A stretch of DNA of 64,000 bases. Origin: Flaccisagitta enflata (taxonomy: Eukaryota). The notes below the pieces were generated by a model that searched no databases, was not told the DNA's origin, and saw nothing but the letters and a program-made list of their open reading frames with translations. The DNA lies in NCBI GenBank assembly GCA_965153355.1, contig OZ231126.1, positions 37,882,001 through 37,946,000 of the forward strand, given 5' to 3'. Position 1 is the stretch's first letter; the number at the start of each line of letters is the position of its first letter. Position numbers and translations under genes: made by a program. Shown here one piece after another: positions 29,509 through 41,547 of the stretch.

Positions 29509-29723
29509 AAACAAGGCCGGATACACGGCTACCCAAGTCGCGTGCTGGTTGGCAGAGCCAGAGGCAGTGATAAAAAGGCTGTCCATGCATTTGGGCAGGA
29601 GTGTGCAATAACCGCCTTTAAACGCCAAAAAAGTTAAGTTTGACAAACTGATGGACGGACCAATGGATGGACCGATGGACAGACGGATAAAGCGGGTTGT
29701 TCAGCCGCGTGCACGCGACTAAA
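29509..29723 (-). mobile_element. HINE-like element
   Basis: AAACAAGGCCGGATACACGGCTACCCAAGTCGCGTG...GCCGCGTGCACGCGACTAAA. Confidence 0.8.
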
Positions 29724-30210
29724 TATCCGCAGTTTTAATTCTTTAAGAATGTTGGGGAGAGGGGAGAGAGAAAGGAAAGAGAGTGAGAAAAAAAAACAAC
29801 ATGGAGACTGATAACAGCATTTTAGCATCTCATCCATCTTAACAGCTAAATCAACGCCTAGCCAAAACTTCAAAACGTCAGGTTGGAAAGAGTTTGTAAT
29901 TTCCAGTTATTGCGCGGCTCCGTCAACAGACCAACTGATAGTTGACTTTTAGAATATCAAGTATTGCGAACTCGCGATTTAGAAAGAAAACTAACGGAGG
30001 CAAATGTGGCGTCGTGGGTAAAAATTAGATTTTTTTTCTTCTTATTTTGCTTCTTCCATGCCTTAGAGAATGAAGGAGAAGAAGCAATGAAAACACGGAA
30101 GGGAAATTGGAAGGAAGAAAAAAAGAAAATGATGAAAAAAAAAAGATTCTTAAAGAAAAAAAGCAAAACTGAAACATAGAAAAGCAAAAAAGAGGGGAAG
30201 TTTCATTGGA

Positions 30211-30440
<230 letters not shown>

Positions 30441-30860
30441 CCGACGGACGGACCGATGGTTGTACCGACATAAGTAAACAGTAGGGGAAAGACCTACAAA
30501 CATAATAATGGAAAGAGCAGATGCAGACAGACAGACAGAGAGACAGACCGACAGACGCACAGGCAGACAGACAGACAGAAAAGGCAGAGGTGAGACAGAT
30601 AGACAGACAAGCAGATAGATACAGTGCAAGAGAAAAGAGGAAGATAGGAAAACGCACCTCGCAGCTGTGACAAGGACTCAGAATGGATCAAAAGGAGGAA
30701 AAGCATAAAACTCGCGGAGGGTGCAGAGAGACTGCGATGTAAAGAAGGAAAGAAGAAAAAAAGAAAGAAAGAAATGCGGTAAGGTGGAAAAAAAATGTCA
30801 CTGCTGCGTAAACAGTGGGAATCAATGGCTGCCCAAATATTGCCTTTCAACCAGACAGAG

Positions 30861-30940
<80 letters not shown>

Positions 30941-31022
30941 ATAGCTAACCAGACAGACAGACAGAGAAATAATGGAACAGGGAAAACAGGGAGTGAGAAA
31001 GAACACGGGTATTGAACTCGCC

Positions 31023-31062
<40 letters not shown>

Positions 31063-31306
31063 CCATAAAGTGACAAGGTGTAAACAACGAAAGAATTTCC
31101 TCTAACTTTTGCTTCCCGGTACATGCATTTCAAACTAAACACAACACCATCGTATACCGCAGTGGAAAATGGTGTTTCTCCGTTGTCCAACCCAGGAGAG
31201 GCGATTGAAAAAACAGTAAAGCCGCCTTACAGTTATCAAACAACTTCAGATTGATCAACTTACACTGGGTCATTCAAGCATGCCAAGCATTTCTTGAATT
31301 GTAATA

Positions 31307-31866
31307 ACCATGCCCCAAAAAAAAACCGCACTACGTTTTGATGTGCTGCGCTCATTACTTGGTGGCAAAACTACAAAAAAATCTATGAACATTTTAAAGA
31401 GCTTCAGAAAATTCTAGCTCAAAAACTTTAAAAGTTACGAAGGTTTAAAGTTAAATTGTCAATATCTCAATTGCAGGAAACTACATTTTTGTTCCTCTCC
31501 ATAAACTGTACCTTTCATTTAATCATAATTTCAAGCTACTAATTTCTGCTTGGCGGCATTACGAAGACAATTTTTCAAAGATCTTTTTTTCTGTCATGAA
31601 TTTTTTTTCACTCAGGTGAATATTGATTGAGGTACAAAGGAAACAATGAAAAGATTTGACCTTCAATTTCCTGGCAATTGGGATAATGACATCTTAACTT
31701 GAAATTGTTGTAAGTTTTAAGTTTATGAGCTAAAACTTTCTGACACTACTCAAATGATAGAATTTTTGATGCTCTTTAAAATACTCATGGATTTTGTGTA
31801 ATTTTGCCTCTTGATAAAGAGCTAAAGGTTATCATATCGCAGTGCGGTTTCTTATTTTGGCATGGT
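31307..31866. mobile_element. TA-flanked fold-back MITE
   Basis: TA|ACCATGCCCCAAAA..AACCGCACT...AGTGCGGTTT..TTTTGGCATGGT|TA with degenerate internal inverted symmetry. Confidence 0.7.
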
Positions 31867-33042
31867 TATATATCATGAAAGATTATCCATTCAGTTGTTG
31901 ATAATGGTTTTTCACGCTAGGGCCGCTGCATCAGTATGCGTGGAATCCCTGCTATTGGGATAAAATGAAAAGAGAAATTATGGAGGGAACAAAAAAAAAC
32001 GCGCAAAAATATTGGGAAAGAAAAAAAAAGAGAAAAAATGCAAAAACTGGCATTTAATTCGAATTTTGAAGATTCAGTTCCCCTCCAAAATTCTCGTAGA
32101 TGTGACGTCTGGGTTTTTGTTTGTCTGTCTGACTCTCTGTTTGTTTGTTCGGCTTTTTCTGTCTGTTCCTTTCTTCCTATCAGACACTCAAGATTCTTTA
32201 GCCTTTTTGCAATTCTCCATTCATAGTTTCCAAGGTTATGGAGGCAAAATGAAAAAAAAAGCTTGAAAAGAAGAGAAACAGAATGGCACCATGTCTACGG
32301 AGAAAAAGAATGTAAGAAGTTTGAAGACATTCAATAAAACATCGTCAAGAAACTCAAGTAGTTCGCAAAAACAATTCCGCAGTCCAGTGATGCTACAGGA
32401 GCAAGATCAAGTATTGAAAATCAAACTCGTTTTGAATTAATCTTTTTCCAAATCATGTTGAAAGAGTTCATTTCCGTTCGTCCGTCATTGTGTTGTTTTT
32501 CGTTGGACAAATCCCCCGGCGTACATGTAGAGCCATTGTTACGGGCAACTAACCAGGAAATACAGTAGATCGCGTCTAGACTTGAGATAACGGGGGCATG
32601 CATTGTAGGAAAAAGAATGAAGCTAAGGCACTGATATTTGGAATATAAACTAATAAGATAATATTTCATTGCCCATGATAGTTGGTTACCATGGAAACGC
32701 ATTTTCATGTATTTACTCTAAAATATCAACATTTTGAGGAAATTTTTAAGGGAACATTGTTAAAAACAAGTTTTCTAGAACTTTCCCACAGTATGTGCTG
32801 TCAGAATATCGCTTGTTCAGCGGTTGCTAGGAGTTGTCACACATGGATATGCTCACTAGCTATGGCCAAATGAGCGATATTCTTACAGAACATATTGTGG
32901 GAAAGCTGTGTAGCACATTTGATTTTAAGCAATGTTCTTTAAAAAATCTCTCAAAATATTGATATCTTAGCGAGAATACATGGAAATGTGTTTCCATAGC
33001 AACCGAGTATCATATGAAATAAATCATTCTTTTAATAGTGTA

Positions 33043-33831
33043 TGTGACATTCTTCACATTCCCCACCATATGCAGGCCTAGAAGCGCTCGATCGGACGCA
33101 TTCGACTCCGCGGATCCCGAAGAAGAGGAGGGGCTCTCTCGCCATCGAAAATCCAAGATGGCGTCTGCTCGACTGCAGAGTGGAGGAAATCGAGGAAGAA
33201 GGAGAGAGATCTTCGATCGACGGAGGAAGGGGAGGAACGCGCGCGCGCACCGGAAGCGCTGACTTCCGGTTGAGGATTGATGAACTATATCTCCTCAACC
33301 GCTTAGAGGAGAAAAGACTTCGACCCCTCTATCGAATTCCCACGACGTGACGAATCTATTTATCATTGTTTCATTGCTGCCAAATAATTTCAAATCTCGT
33401 GATGTTTTGATTCATTTTTTGTTATTTCCAGGTTAAGTAAAAGTAGCTTCCCTGACTTTCTTACTGACATTCGATTACACGATCTCAGTTAAAGACTCGA
33501 TTTTTGATGCTTTTTCCCCGACTTCCCTGCCCTGCGCCTAGATTGGAAACCGTTCGACAACATCCGTGTAAGTCCTTGACCTTTTATCATTTTGGCGCCA
33601 TACAAGAGTATCCTTCATTGATGTACAGAGCTTGTCCTAACCTTTTTCCTTTTTCTCTGTCCGTCAGGATTCCACGAATAGACTGATTTCGCGGACAACT
33701 TGACCGCTCATCTCAACAATTCGTTCTAAGCGGGTGTGCGTTCCAAATCATTAGCGCAGCTACGCAGTGGAGTCAGTTCTCGCGATTACGCATCAGGAGC
33801 TTGCTAAGAAACTAGACGCTAAACGATCTCA
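33043..33831 (+). repeat. 5' LTR (789 bp)
   Basis: TGTGACATT...CGATCTCA; by eye identical to 44690-45479 except one T-run indel (~33590) and one G/A substitution (~33606). Confidence 0.97.
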
Positions 33832-33843
33832 ATTCGTGGAATC
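33832..33843 (+). promoter_or_regulatory. Putative primer-binding site of non-tRNA (self-complementary) type, ATTCGTGGAATC
   Basis: Directly abuts the 5' LTR, lacks the leading TGG of tRNA PBSs, and is the exact reverse complement of 33668-33679. Confidence 0.7.
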
Positions 33844-33875
33844 AAAAACCATCAACGATCCACGCAACGTCAACG

Positions 33876-36800
33876 ATGTCGACCGCCAACAACAACGCCA
33901 ACGCCGACGCGATGTCAATGCCGCCACCTTCGCTGCCCAATCAACGCAGAAAAGCCTTTCGGCCAACCGACTGCGTGTCCGTCGTTTCCGACTCATCCGT
34001 CTACGCGGGCGCAATGGACCCCGTGGCTACGACGCTTCGCGGATTACGAAAGGCGCTACGCAACACGCGCAACGCCTACATGTCGGCGTTGAAACAAGCC
34101 GATACCCTCAACGACGATGATATATTGGACTTTTACCAAGATATGGACTGCCTTCGAAAGGAAGTGTGGTTGGCGGCGTGGCGACTTGTCAACCAGACAA
34201 AGACTTACTCACATGCAGAGTCGACCAACAACCCCGACAAAGCGGCGTCACTGTTATCGACGGCCGAAAGCTCATTGACGGAAGTACGGAAACTGTGGGA
34301 CCAATCATGCTTCCACGACAAAAACACTTTTGCGTCGCATTTATTCCTGCCGACCTACCACGACATCCACGACGAGTCACCGGAGACTGGAGCAAAACGC
34401 GCTCTCGAGATGACGATGGGGTCGTCGACGCATTTCGTCCAGTCCCTTTCACGACGACGCAAATCGACGCCGAACACGACCGGCGACGATGGAGACGCGG
34501 GAGAGGACGACTTGCCCGTCGGTACGGAAGCAGCGAATCTCAATGCAGCGGATCAACGTCACAACGCGCCGCCCCATACGCCAGGCGCGATAGAAGACGC
34601 CGAGCAGATACGTATAAACTTTGAACCTCCGACGCCGGTGACGCCGGCGAGGTCGCGCTTCTTGTCGGCCAGACGACGCGATGGAAACGTCATGGCCGAA
34701 CGACGACGCCGACCTCCCTCCAGGCGCCGTTGGCGGCGCCCCTCCCACACAAGATCTTCTCAACATGCTACAGCAGTCGATTGTCGACGGCGACAAAAAC
34801 GCTCAAGGCGACGCGATGGTGCACGTCGTCCAACGTCTTGTCAACGACGTCAACCAAGTTCGACGCTCGGTGGCGAGAGAAGCACGCGCAAATACGCGAT
34901 TCCGTCTCAGCTCGCAGTCTGTATCTCAACAACGCGAAGAGAACGCCCGGCAGTTGACGGCAAACATCGCATTAGACGCAGCCGTTACTGCCCGGACAGA
35001 CGCGGTCACGGCCGGAATTGACGAGAGGAAAAGAAGGGAGGAGGAGGAGAGGAGGAAGAAAGAGAAGGAGGAGGAGGAGGAAAGACAACGCATCCACGCT
35101 GAAGAAGTGAGAAGGAAGGCAGAGGAGACGAGAAAGGAGCAGGAGGAGAAAAGGAGGACGAACTTGAAAAACAAGATCGCACAGGAGAAAAGAGAGAAAG
35201 AGGAGAGAGAGGAAAAGAAAAGGAAAGAAGCAGAGAGGAAAGCAGAGGAGGAGAGAAGGAAGGCGGTGGCAAAAAGAGACGCGGAAGAAAGAAAGAGGAT
35301 GGAGGAGAAGAAAAGACGCGAAGAAAAGAAAAAGGAGGAAGAAAAGAAAAGGAAAGAGGAGAGGAGGAGAGGAAGAGGAGAGAGGCACAAAAGAAAAGCC
35401 AGCAGAGACAACTACCTTCCAAAACGCCACCCCCAGCCGCACGTGAACATCCTCTCCACGAGCAACTGCGCACGAGACAAGATGCAGCGGAGCAAGAAAG
35501 AACGCGATGGATCACGCGGACGCAATGGCAAGGGTCCAACAATTGATCAGCGACCTCAACCTGGAGGACAGTGTCGTTTTGCAGACACGTGCTCCACCGT
35601 GTAAATCGACGCCGCCATCACCAAGCTCACCCATCATCGTCCGCCAGATCGCGGGTGATCTTCCAGCTCCGCAAGCATCCCGAAATGCACGCGGGAGTCA
35701 GCGGCCCCTGGTCGACGACGTCTTCGATGACGAGGGGTTCGAACGCGTCGACAGACGGAAGTCGAGGAAGACGCCGCCCCCAACGCCGTCGCCTCCTACG
35801 TATCAAAGACGTCAAACCGGAAGTGACTCCGCGCGAAATGGCCTCGCGCATTCGCAGTCCTTCGCCGAGAGGATGAACGCAGCCTCTTTCATCGACAACC
35901 CAATCGCCTACGACGCCCGCGTCAGAGCAAAGGACGTGGGATTGAGGGAAATGCGCGCAGCACGTCCAAGAGAAGCGTATGGATACCTCGAGCCGATCGA
36001 CTATATCATTGCCAAGTCTAAATTCGAAAATGCCGCCTCCAACATCGAGCTAGACGAAATCGACAAAGTAACTGAATTGGCCAATGTCTTCGCGAATCCA
36101 GCGAAGGAAATTATCGACGGTCAACAACTCATCATCAAGGCGCACAACATGCGCCGTGTCTACAGCACCTTGTGGAGACGCCTGGACGAGATGTTCAACA
36201 CGAGCGCCAACCCATTCCAATCGGCCGTCGACAGCATCTGCAGGAAAGGAAAGGTTCCGGAAAACGATATGAGAGCCCATCAATCATTGATTGGCACGTT
36301 GTACAAACTGGAAAACGTCGCAGAATTGCTGAATGTACCTGGAGAGTGTGATCGTGACGTCCACATCCGCCGCATCATCAACGCGAGGGTGCCACACATC
36401 TCGACGGACTATTGGAAAGCGAGCGCGCGTGAACAAGCTCGCCATGGCACGGCTTACGGCTTCCAAGAACTCATCGAGGAGGTGAAGCATTGGGTGTCGT
36501 ACAACAACCTCAAAGAACCAACACGCATGGCGCCAAACCAACGAAGGTTGCAGCGACTGCAGTTGGTCCGGCGACGTTTAAGGAACAGCTCGTCAACTCA
36601 CCTCCGAAGCAGCAACCCAACGACATCTGCAATATTTGTGGAGGTCGTCACAATTCTCATTCGTGTCAACGTTTTGGAAGCCATCCCATCAGCAGAGGAT
36701 CGTGTGAAGAAGTTGGCGGAGAAACGTCTATGCTTTCATTGTTTCTGCCCAAACCATTCGGCGCGCGACTGCAAAGACAAGCCAACATGCTCATCTTGCA

Positions 36801-36997
36801 ATAAGAGACACGCAACTTTGCTGCACGACCGCCAATTCAAGCCAAAAGGGAATGGAGAAGGAATCACGTTCAAGACGCCGAATGCCGCCGCATTAGCCGC
36901 AGCCGCTGCCGCCGCCAAAACCGTTCCTCCAGCGCCCCCAAGCAGCTCGTCGACGGATGACTCTGCATCTGATGAAGGAAGAGTGATGGAGGCGTGA
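33876..36997 (+). CDS. gag: BEL/Pao Gag, about 1040 codons, interrupted by ~5 single-base frameshifts
   Basis: ATG 33876; E/K/R coiled-coil at 35020-35400; helical core with LWRRLDEMF; knuckles CNICGGRHNSHSC, CFHCFCPNHSARDC, CSSCNKRHATLLH (36627-36826), the triple-knuckle pattern of BEL/Pao. Confidence 0.85.
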
Positions 36998-39900
36998 CTC
37001 GCTGCCACCTCCGCGATGAGGACGGTGGTCGCGAGGATGATGTCACGCGACCGATTGTTCCTGTAAAAATCACCAACGCATCGACGGGCCGTTCCACCGT
37101 AGTGTTGGGGATGATTGACAGCGGTGCGGATTGTGACGTTTTATCGCTTCAAATCGTTAACAAATTAGACTTACCAACTGAAAAGATGCTGATGCGCGTG
37201 CATACGGTCAATTGTGAAGTGGTGGAGGAGAAAGTTTTGGCGTCCTTTATCCTTTCATCGATTGACGAGGAATACAACGTCCACATCAGCAACGCACTAA
37301 CGGGAGAGTTATTGACGGGTGAAGCTGATATTGCTCCATGCCAACGCGACTTCACAAATCAATCTCATCTTCGCGATATTCCATTTCCAAAAGCAAATGG
37401 TCCTGTCCAATTGATCATCGGCGCCGCCCATTACGACGCGACGATGCCTGTGGAGGCAAGAAGAGGTCCATCAGGATCTTTGACAGCCTTCAGATGCGGT
37501 TTTGGATGGACTGTAGCAGGGAAGAGTGGACGAAGATCAGATGATACCGCTGTCATTAACGCAATCCACGTGGATAACGTCGCATTGAGCAAATCTCTCG
37601 ACCGCATGTTCTATCACGACTTCGCCATTGTGTCGGAGGAAGAAATGGGCCAGTCTGAAGAGAATCGTCGCGCGGTGAAGCGGGTGATGGAGACGATATA
37701 CTTCGACGAGAAACTCCAAAAATACGTCGTGGGACTTCCATGGCGCTATGACAAGGAGAAGATCATCGAGATTATCAAGTCTGTCAACGCACGCGCGATG
37801 ACGATTAAGAGGACAAAAAGTCTCCGATACAAACTCTCAAATAATCATGACCTCCGCGATCGCGTCTTCAAAGAAATGGACAAATTTGTGGATACGGGCG
37901 TGGCGATTGAGATTGATCCGACGAATGACGACGCAAGCATCTCATCGCCCCACTGGTACTTACCCATCCATGTGGTGGAGGAAAGAAATAAAACGCGGAT
38001 TTGTCACGATGGACGCGCGGAGACTGGCGGCATTTGCCTCAATGAACTACTGATTGGAGGTCCGAATATCATGAACGTCTTGACTGAAGTTCTTATGAAA
38101 TTTCGCCTTTATAAAATCGGTCTGATGACTGATATAAAGGCGTTCTTTCATAATGTCCGCGTCCATCCTGAGGACGCGGACACGTTCAGATATATGTGGT
38201 TCACTGACAAAAGCATGAGAGAGGCAGTCGTGATGCTCTTCTTGGCGCACATTTTTGGATCTGTGTCATCGAGTCTCGTCACCAGCTATGTTTTACGCCA
38301 TCACGCGGAGAAGATCAAGCCCGACTTCCCGAAAACGTCTACGAAATGTTGAGGCATGCCTTCTACGTTGATGACGGCTCTGGTGGTGCGGATTCAGTCG
38401 ACTAAGCACTGCAGTTGAAGCAGGATCTCATCGCCGCCATGAAGAGCGGCGGATTTACTTTGACTAAGTGGAAGTTTAACGCGGTGGAGGTGATGGACGA
38501 GATCCAATGTCGCGGTCACTTGAGCGCCCAACTTGAGGAGCCGACGAAGGTCTTGGGAGTCCAATGGTTGCCGTCGACGGACTGCTTCATCTTCAGATGC
38601 GATCCAGAAGCATGCAAGAGGGTGGCAACGACTCCTCGCGAATTGGTCTCCATGCAAGCCGACAACTATGATCCACTGGGATTCACAGCGCCCCGCGCCC
38701 TTGAAGGGAGGAGGTGTCTTCAGTTGACGAGAGCTTCCGAGAAGGGATGGGATTCGACGATGGAGGAGGCGTTAATCAAACGTTTCGCCAAATGGTACTC
38801 TGCGACTCCATTGCTGATCCAAATTGAAATTCCGCGCCACATTGAATGGGGCATTGTGAAGGCCGTTCGACGAGAAGTTCACATCTTCTGCGACGCCGCC
38901 ATCCCTGGTTTGGAGTAGTGGGCTATTGGTTGGTGGAAGATGAGGATGGAACAATCTGCTACCATTTTGTGCGCCTAGGCTCACGTCGTCCCTCTTGATG
39001 CGTCAAAAGCGTCGCACCACAACTCGGTGCCGAGGTTAGAAATGACAGCGGCAGAGAAAGCGGTGAAACTCAAACTTTTCATCAAGAGGACCATTCCAAA
39101 GGTGACCGAGGATATGGTGACGCTCTGGTCGGATTCAGAGGCGGTGCTGAAGATGATTTTCGACCATAAATCTAAACGTCCGAGCTTCTTCGCAAACCGA
39201 CTTTCAAAATCCACAGCGGCTCAAGCGATTCTCAATGGAGGTGGGTTGATTCGGAGAATAACCCCGCTGGACTATTGTTCGCGGGGTATTGACGCCAGCG
39301 ATAAAGAAAAATGGGACATCTTCCATTTCGGTCCGAAGTTTCTCTACCTTCCCAAATCTGAGTGGCCGGTGATGAATATCGCGACGGCGCCGGAGGCGTC
39401 AATCAACGCCGTCGCGACAGAAACGGTGGAGGAAGAGGAAGGAGAGAAGGAGAAGGAAATGTTCGCCTATGCAGTCGCCGCCCGTCGCCAGGAGTGGGTG
39501 GCGAAATTGCGTTTGATCGCCGTGATTGTGAAGTGCGCGCAGCGATGGAGACAGAAGGTGAAGGCAAAAACTAGAGCAGCGGCGACGACGCTGCCAAATC
39601 CATACTCTGTATCTATGGCTGAATTGTACGACGCACAACGCCGCTTGATCAACGCAATCCAGTTCAAACATTTCCATGGAGAATAACTAAGTTGAAGCGG
39701 TGGGAAAAACGACGCCGCTCATCAACGACGCCGGCGCCAAAGTGATCTGTAAGACTCTACGCCATCACAATCCGGTTGTCGACGAGAAAGGAACGATGCG
39801 TGTCGGGAGCAGACTTGTGAATGCGGATATTGGCCATGATGAAAAATACCCGATGATTCTCCCGTCGAAAGATCCAAACGTCGCTTCTCTGATTCGCCAT

Positions 39901-41002
39901 GTCCATCATCAGGATCTTCACGCAGGCCCAAAACACGTCTTGTGCCAACTGCGACGCTTTGTGTGGATTCTTCGAGGTCTCCAGGCGGTAAAAACAGTCA
40001 TCCACCATTGCGTTACGTGCCAAAGGAACTTCAAAGATCCTATGAAGCAGCAGATGGCGCCTCTTCCTCAACGTCGGCTCATTCCAACGGCGCCTTTCGA
40101 GGAGGTGGGACTCGACTGCATGGGTCACTTCCTGGTGAAACTGAACGGAAGGGCGGATCATAAGGTCTGGGCAGTGGTGTTTACCTGCATGGTTTCGAGG
40201 GCGGTGCATGTGGAGGTGTTGTTTAAAATGGACACAGAGGCAATGATCAACGCCATCATTAGATTCGCAGCGAGACGGCAAACGTGCGTCGATTCATATC
40301 AGACTGTGGCACCAACCTGGTTGGGGCAAATCGCGTCATGAAGGAGGAGATGCAGTCGTGGAACGCGTCGTCGACAGTGGCTCTGCAGCAGCATGGACTC
40401 CAATGGGACTTCATTCCTCCGGGGACTCCTCATTACGGCGGCGTATGGGAAAGGGTCGTATCCCTTTTCAAAAAACATTTGGCGTCCATTACTTCCGGTC
40501 ACGTGCTCCATTACGACGTCTTCCAAACGGTTGTGATTGAGGTGGAAGGAATTCTCAACCGTCGACCTCTCACGCCTTTGAGCGACGATCCTAGCGATAC
40601 ATCAGCGCTGAGGCCGGTCAACATCTTGCATCCGTCTACGTTCTCACACTCGTCGGCAGCTATTCTTCCTCCAAAGACCGGAAACGACGCCGTGGGAACG
40701 AGATGCCGATGGAGAAACGCACAGGCCCGCGTTGACGCCTTCTGGAAGGTATGGCGCGCCGAATACCTTCAGTTGCTGCACGCAAGGAGCAAATGGACAA
40801 AATCGGAAGTGAATATCAAAAAGATGCATTGGTCATCATCGTTGACGAGACGCTTCATCGGCATCAGTGGTCTTTGGGACGCGTCGTCGAAGTGGAAGGA
40901 TCTGGTGGTCATGTCCGGAAAGCACAGATCCTACGCCCCGACGGCAAGATTGTTCTCAAGGATCGGTCGAAGATCGTCCGATTGGAGCTGGATCCAGATT
41001 AA
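36994..41002 (+). CDS. pol: BEL/Pao Pol (aspartic protease, RT, RNase H, integrase), interrupted by several frameshifts and one in-frame TAA (38403)
   Basis: PR GMIDSGA (D at 37117); RT WYLPIH, KTRICHD, LNELLIGGP, DIKAFFH, FG, YVDD (38364-38375); RNase H HIFCDA, PRLE, WSDS, NPADYCSRG; IN H..H..C..C, GLDCMG, ISDCGTN, GGVWER, FWKVWRAEYL. Confidence 0.93.
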
Positions 41003-41547
41003 AAACGGATAAGTGTGAAGAGAGAGAGAGAAAGTAGACCAGAGAGAAGCACAAGTGTTTCTATTTGTAAAGACTATACATGAAAATGAGGATTTTTTCT
41101 CTCATGATTATTTTTTGGTCTTGTTTACTTTTTCTCAGTCGGTCTGTCTGATATGTCTTTGTGTGTAATGACAGGAGAGAGAGAGGTACATGGTGCCCCA
41201 GTCAGTTGAGAATGTCTGCATGATTGACTGACAATCTAAATTTTGCCATGCCATTTCAATCTTGTATTGACCATATAAAGGCATTTGTTCGTCATTTTCT
41301 TTTCCGTTTTATCCATATCATTGACTGTTGAGTGTGGAGGTCATTTGAGGCGCTGATCGAAGAGTTTTTATTTCTTTGTCTGCGTATACCATTTAATCTT
41401 CCTCAATGTTAATGGATATGTCTTCCTCTTTCCGTTTGGTTACATCTCGAAATCTGAATTTTCTCCAAAAACAGGCGTTTACACTATCTTACGCTAAAAG
41501 CTTCCCCTTGTCGGTATCGTCGCATAACTGTTGCAGAGAGATCCATC

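Noticed and set aside
33593-33600. TGGCGCCA resembling a tRNA-Lys PBS
   Set aside because: It lies inside the LTR and is present in both LTR copies, the similarity stops after 7 nt, and the TSD fixes the LTR end at 33831.
36976-36997. Programmed -1 frameshift between gag and pol
   Set aside because: There is no XXXYYYZ slippery heptamer in the 22-nt overlap, BEL/Pao gag-pol is usually one ORF, and many similar shifts occur elsewhere. I cannot distinguish it from an indel.
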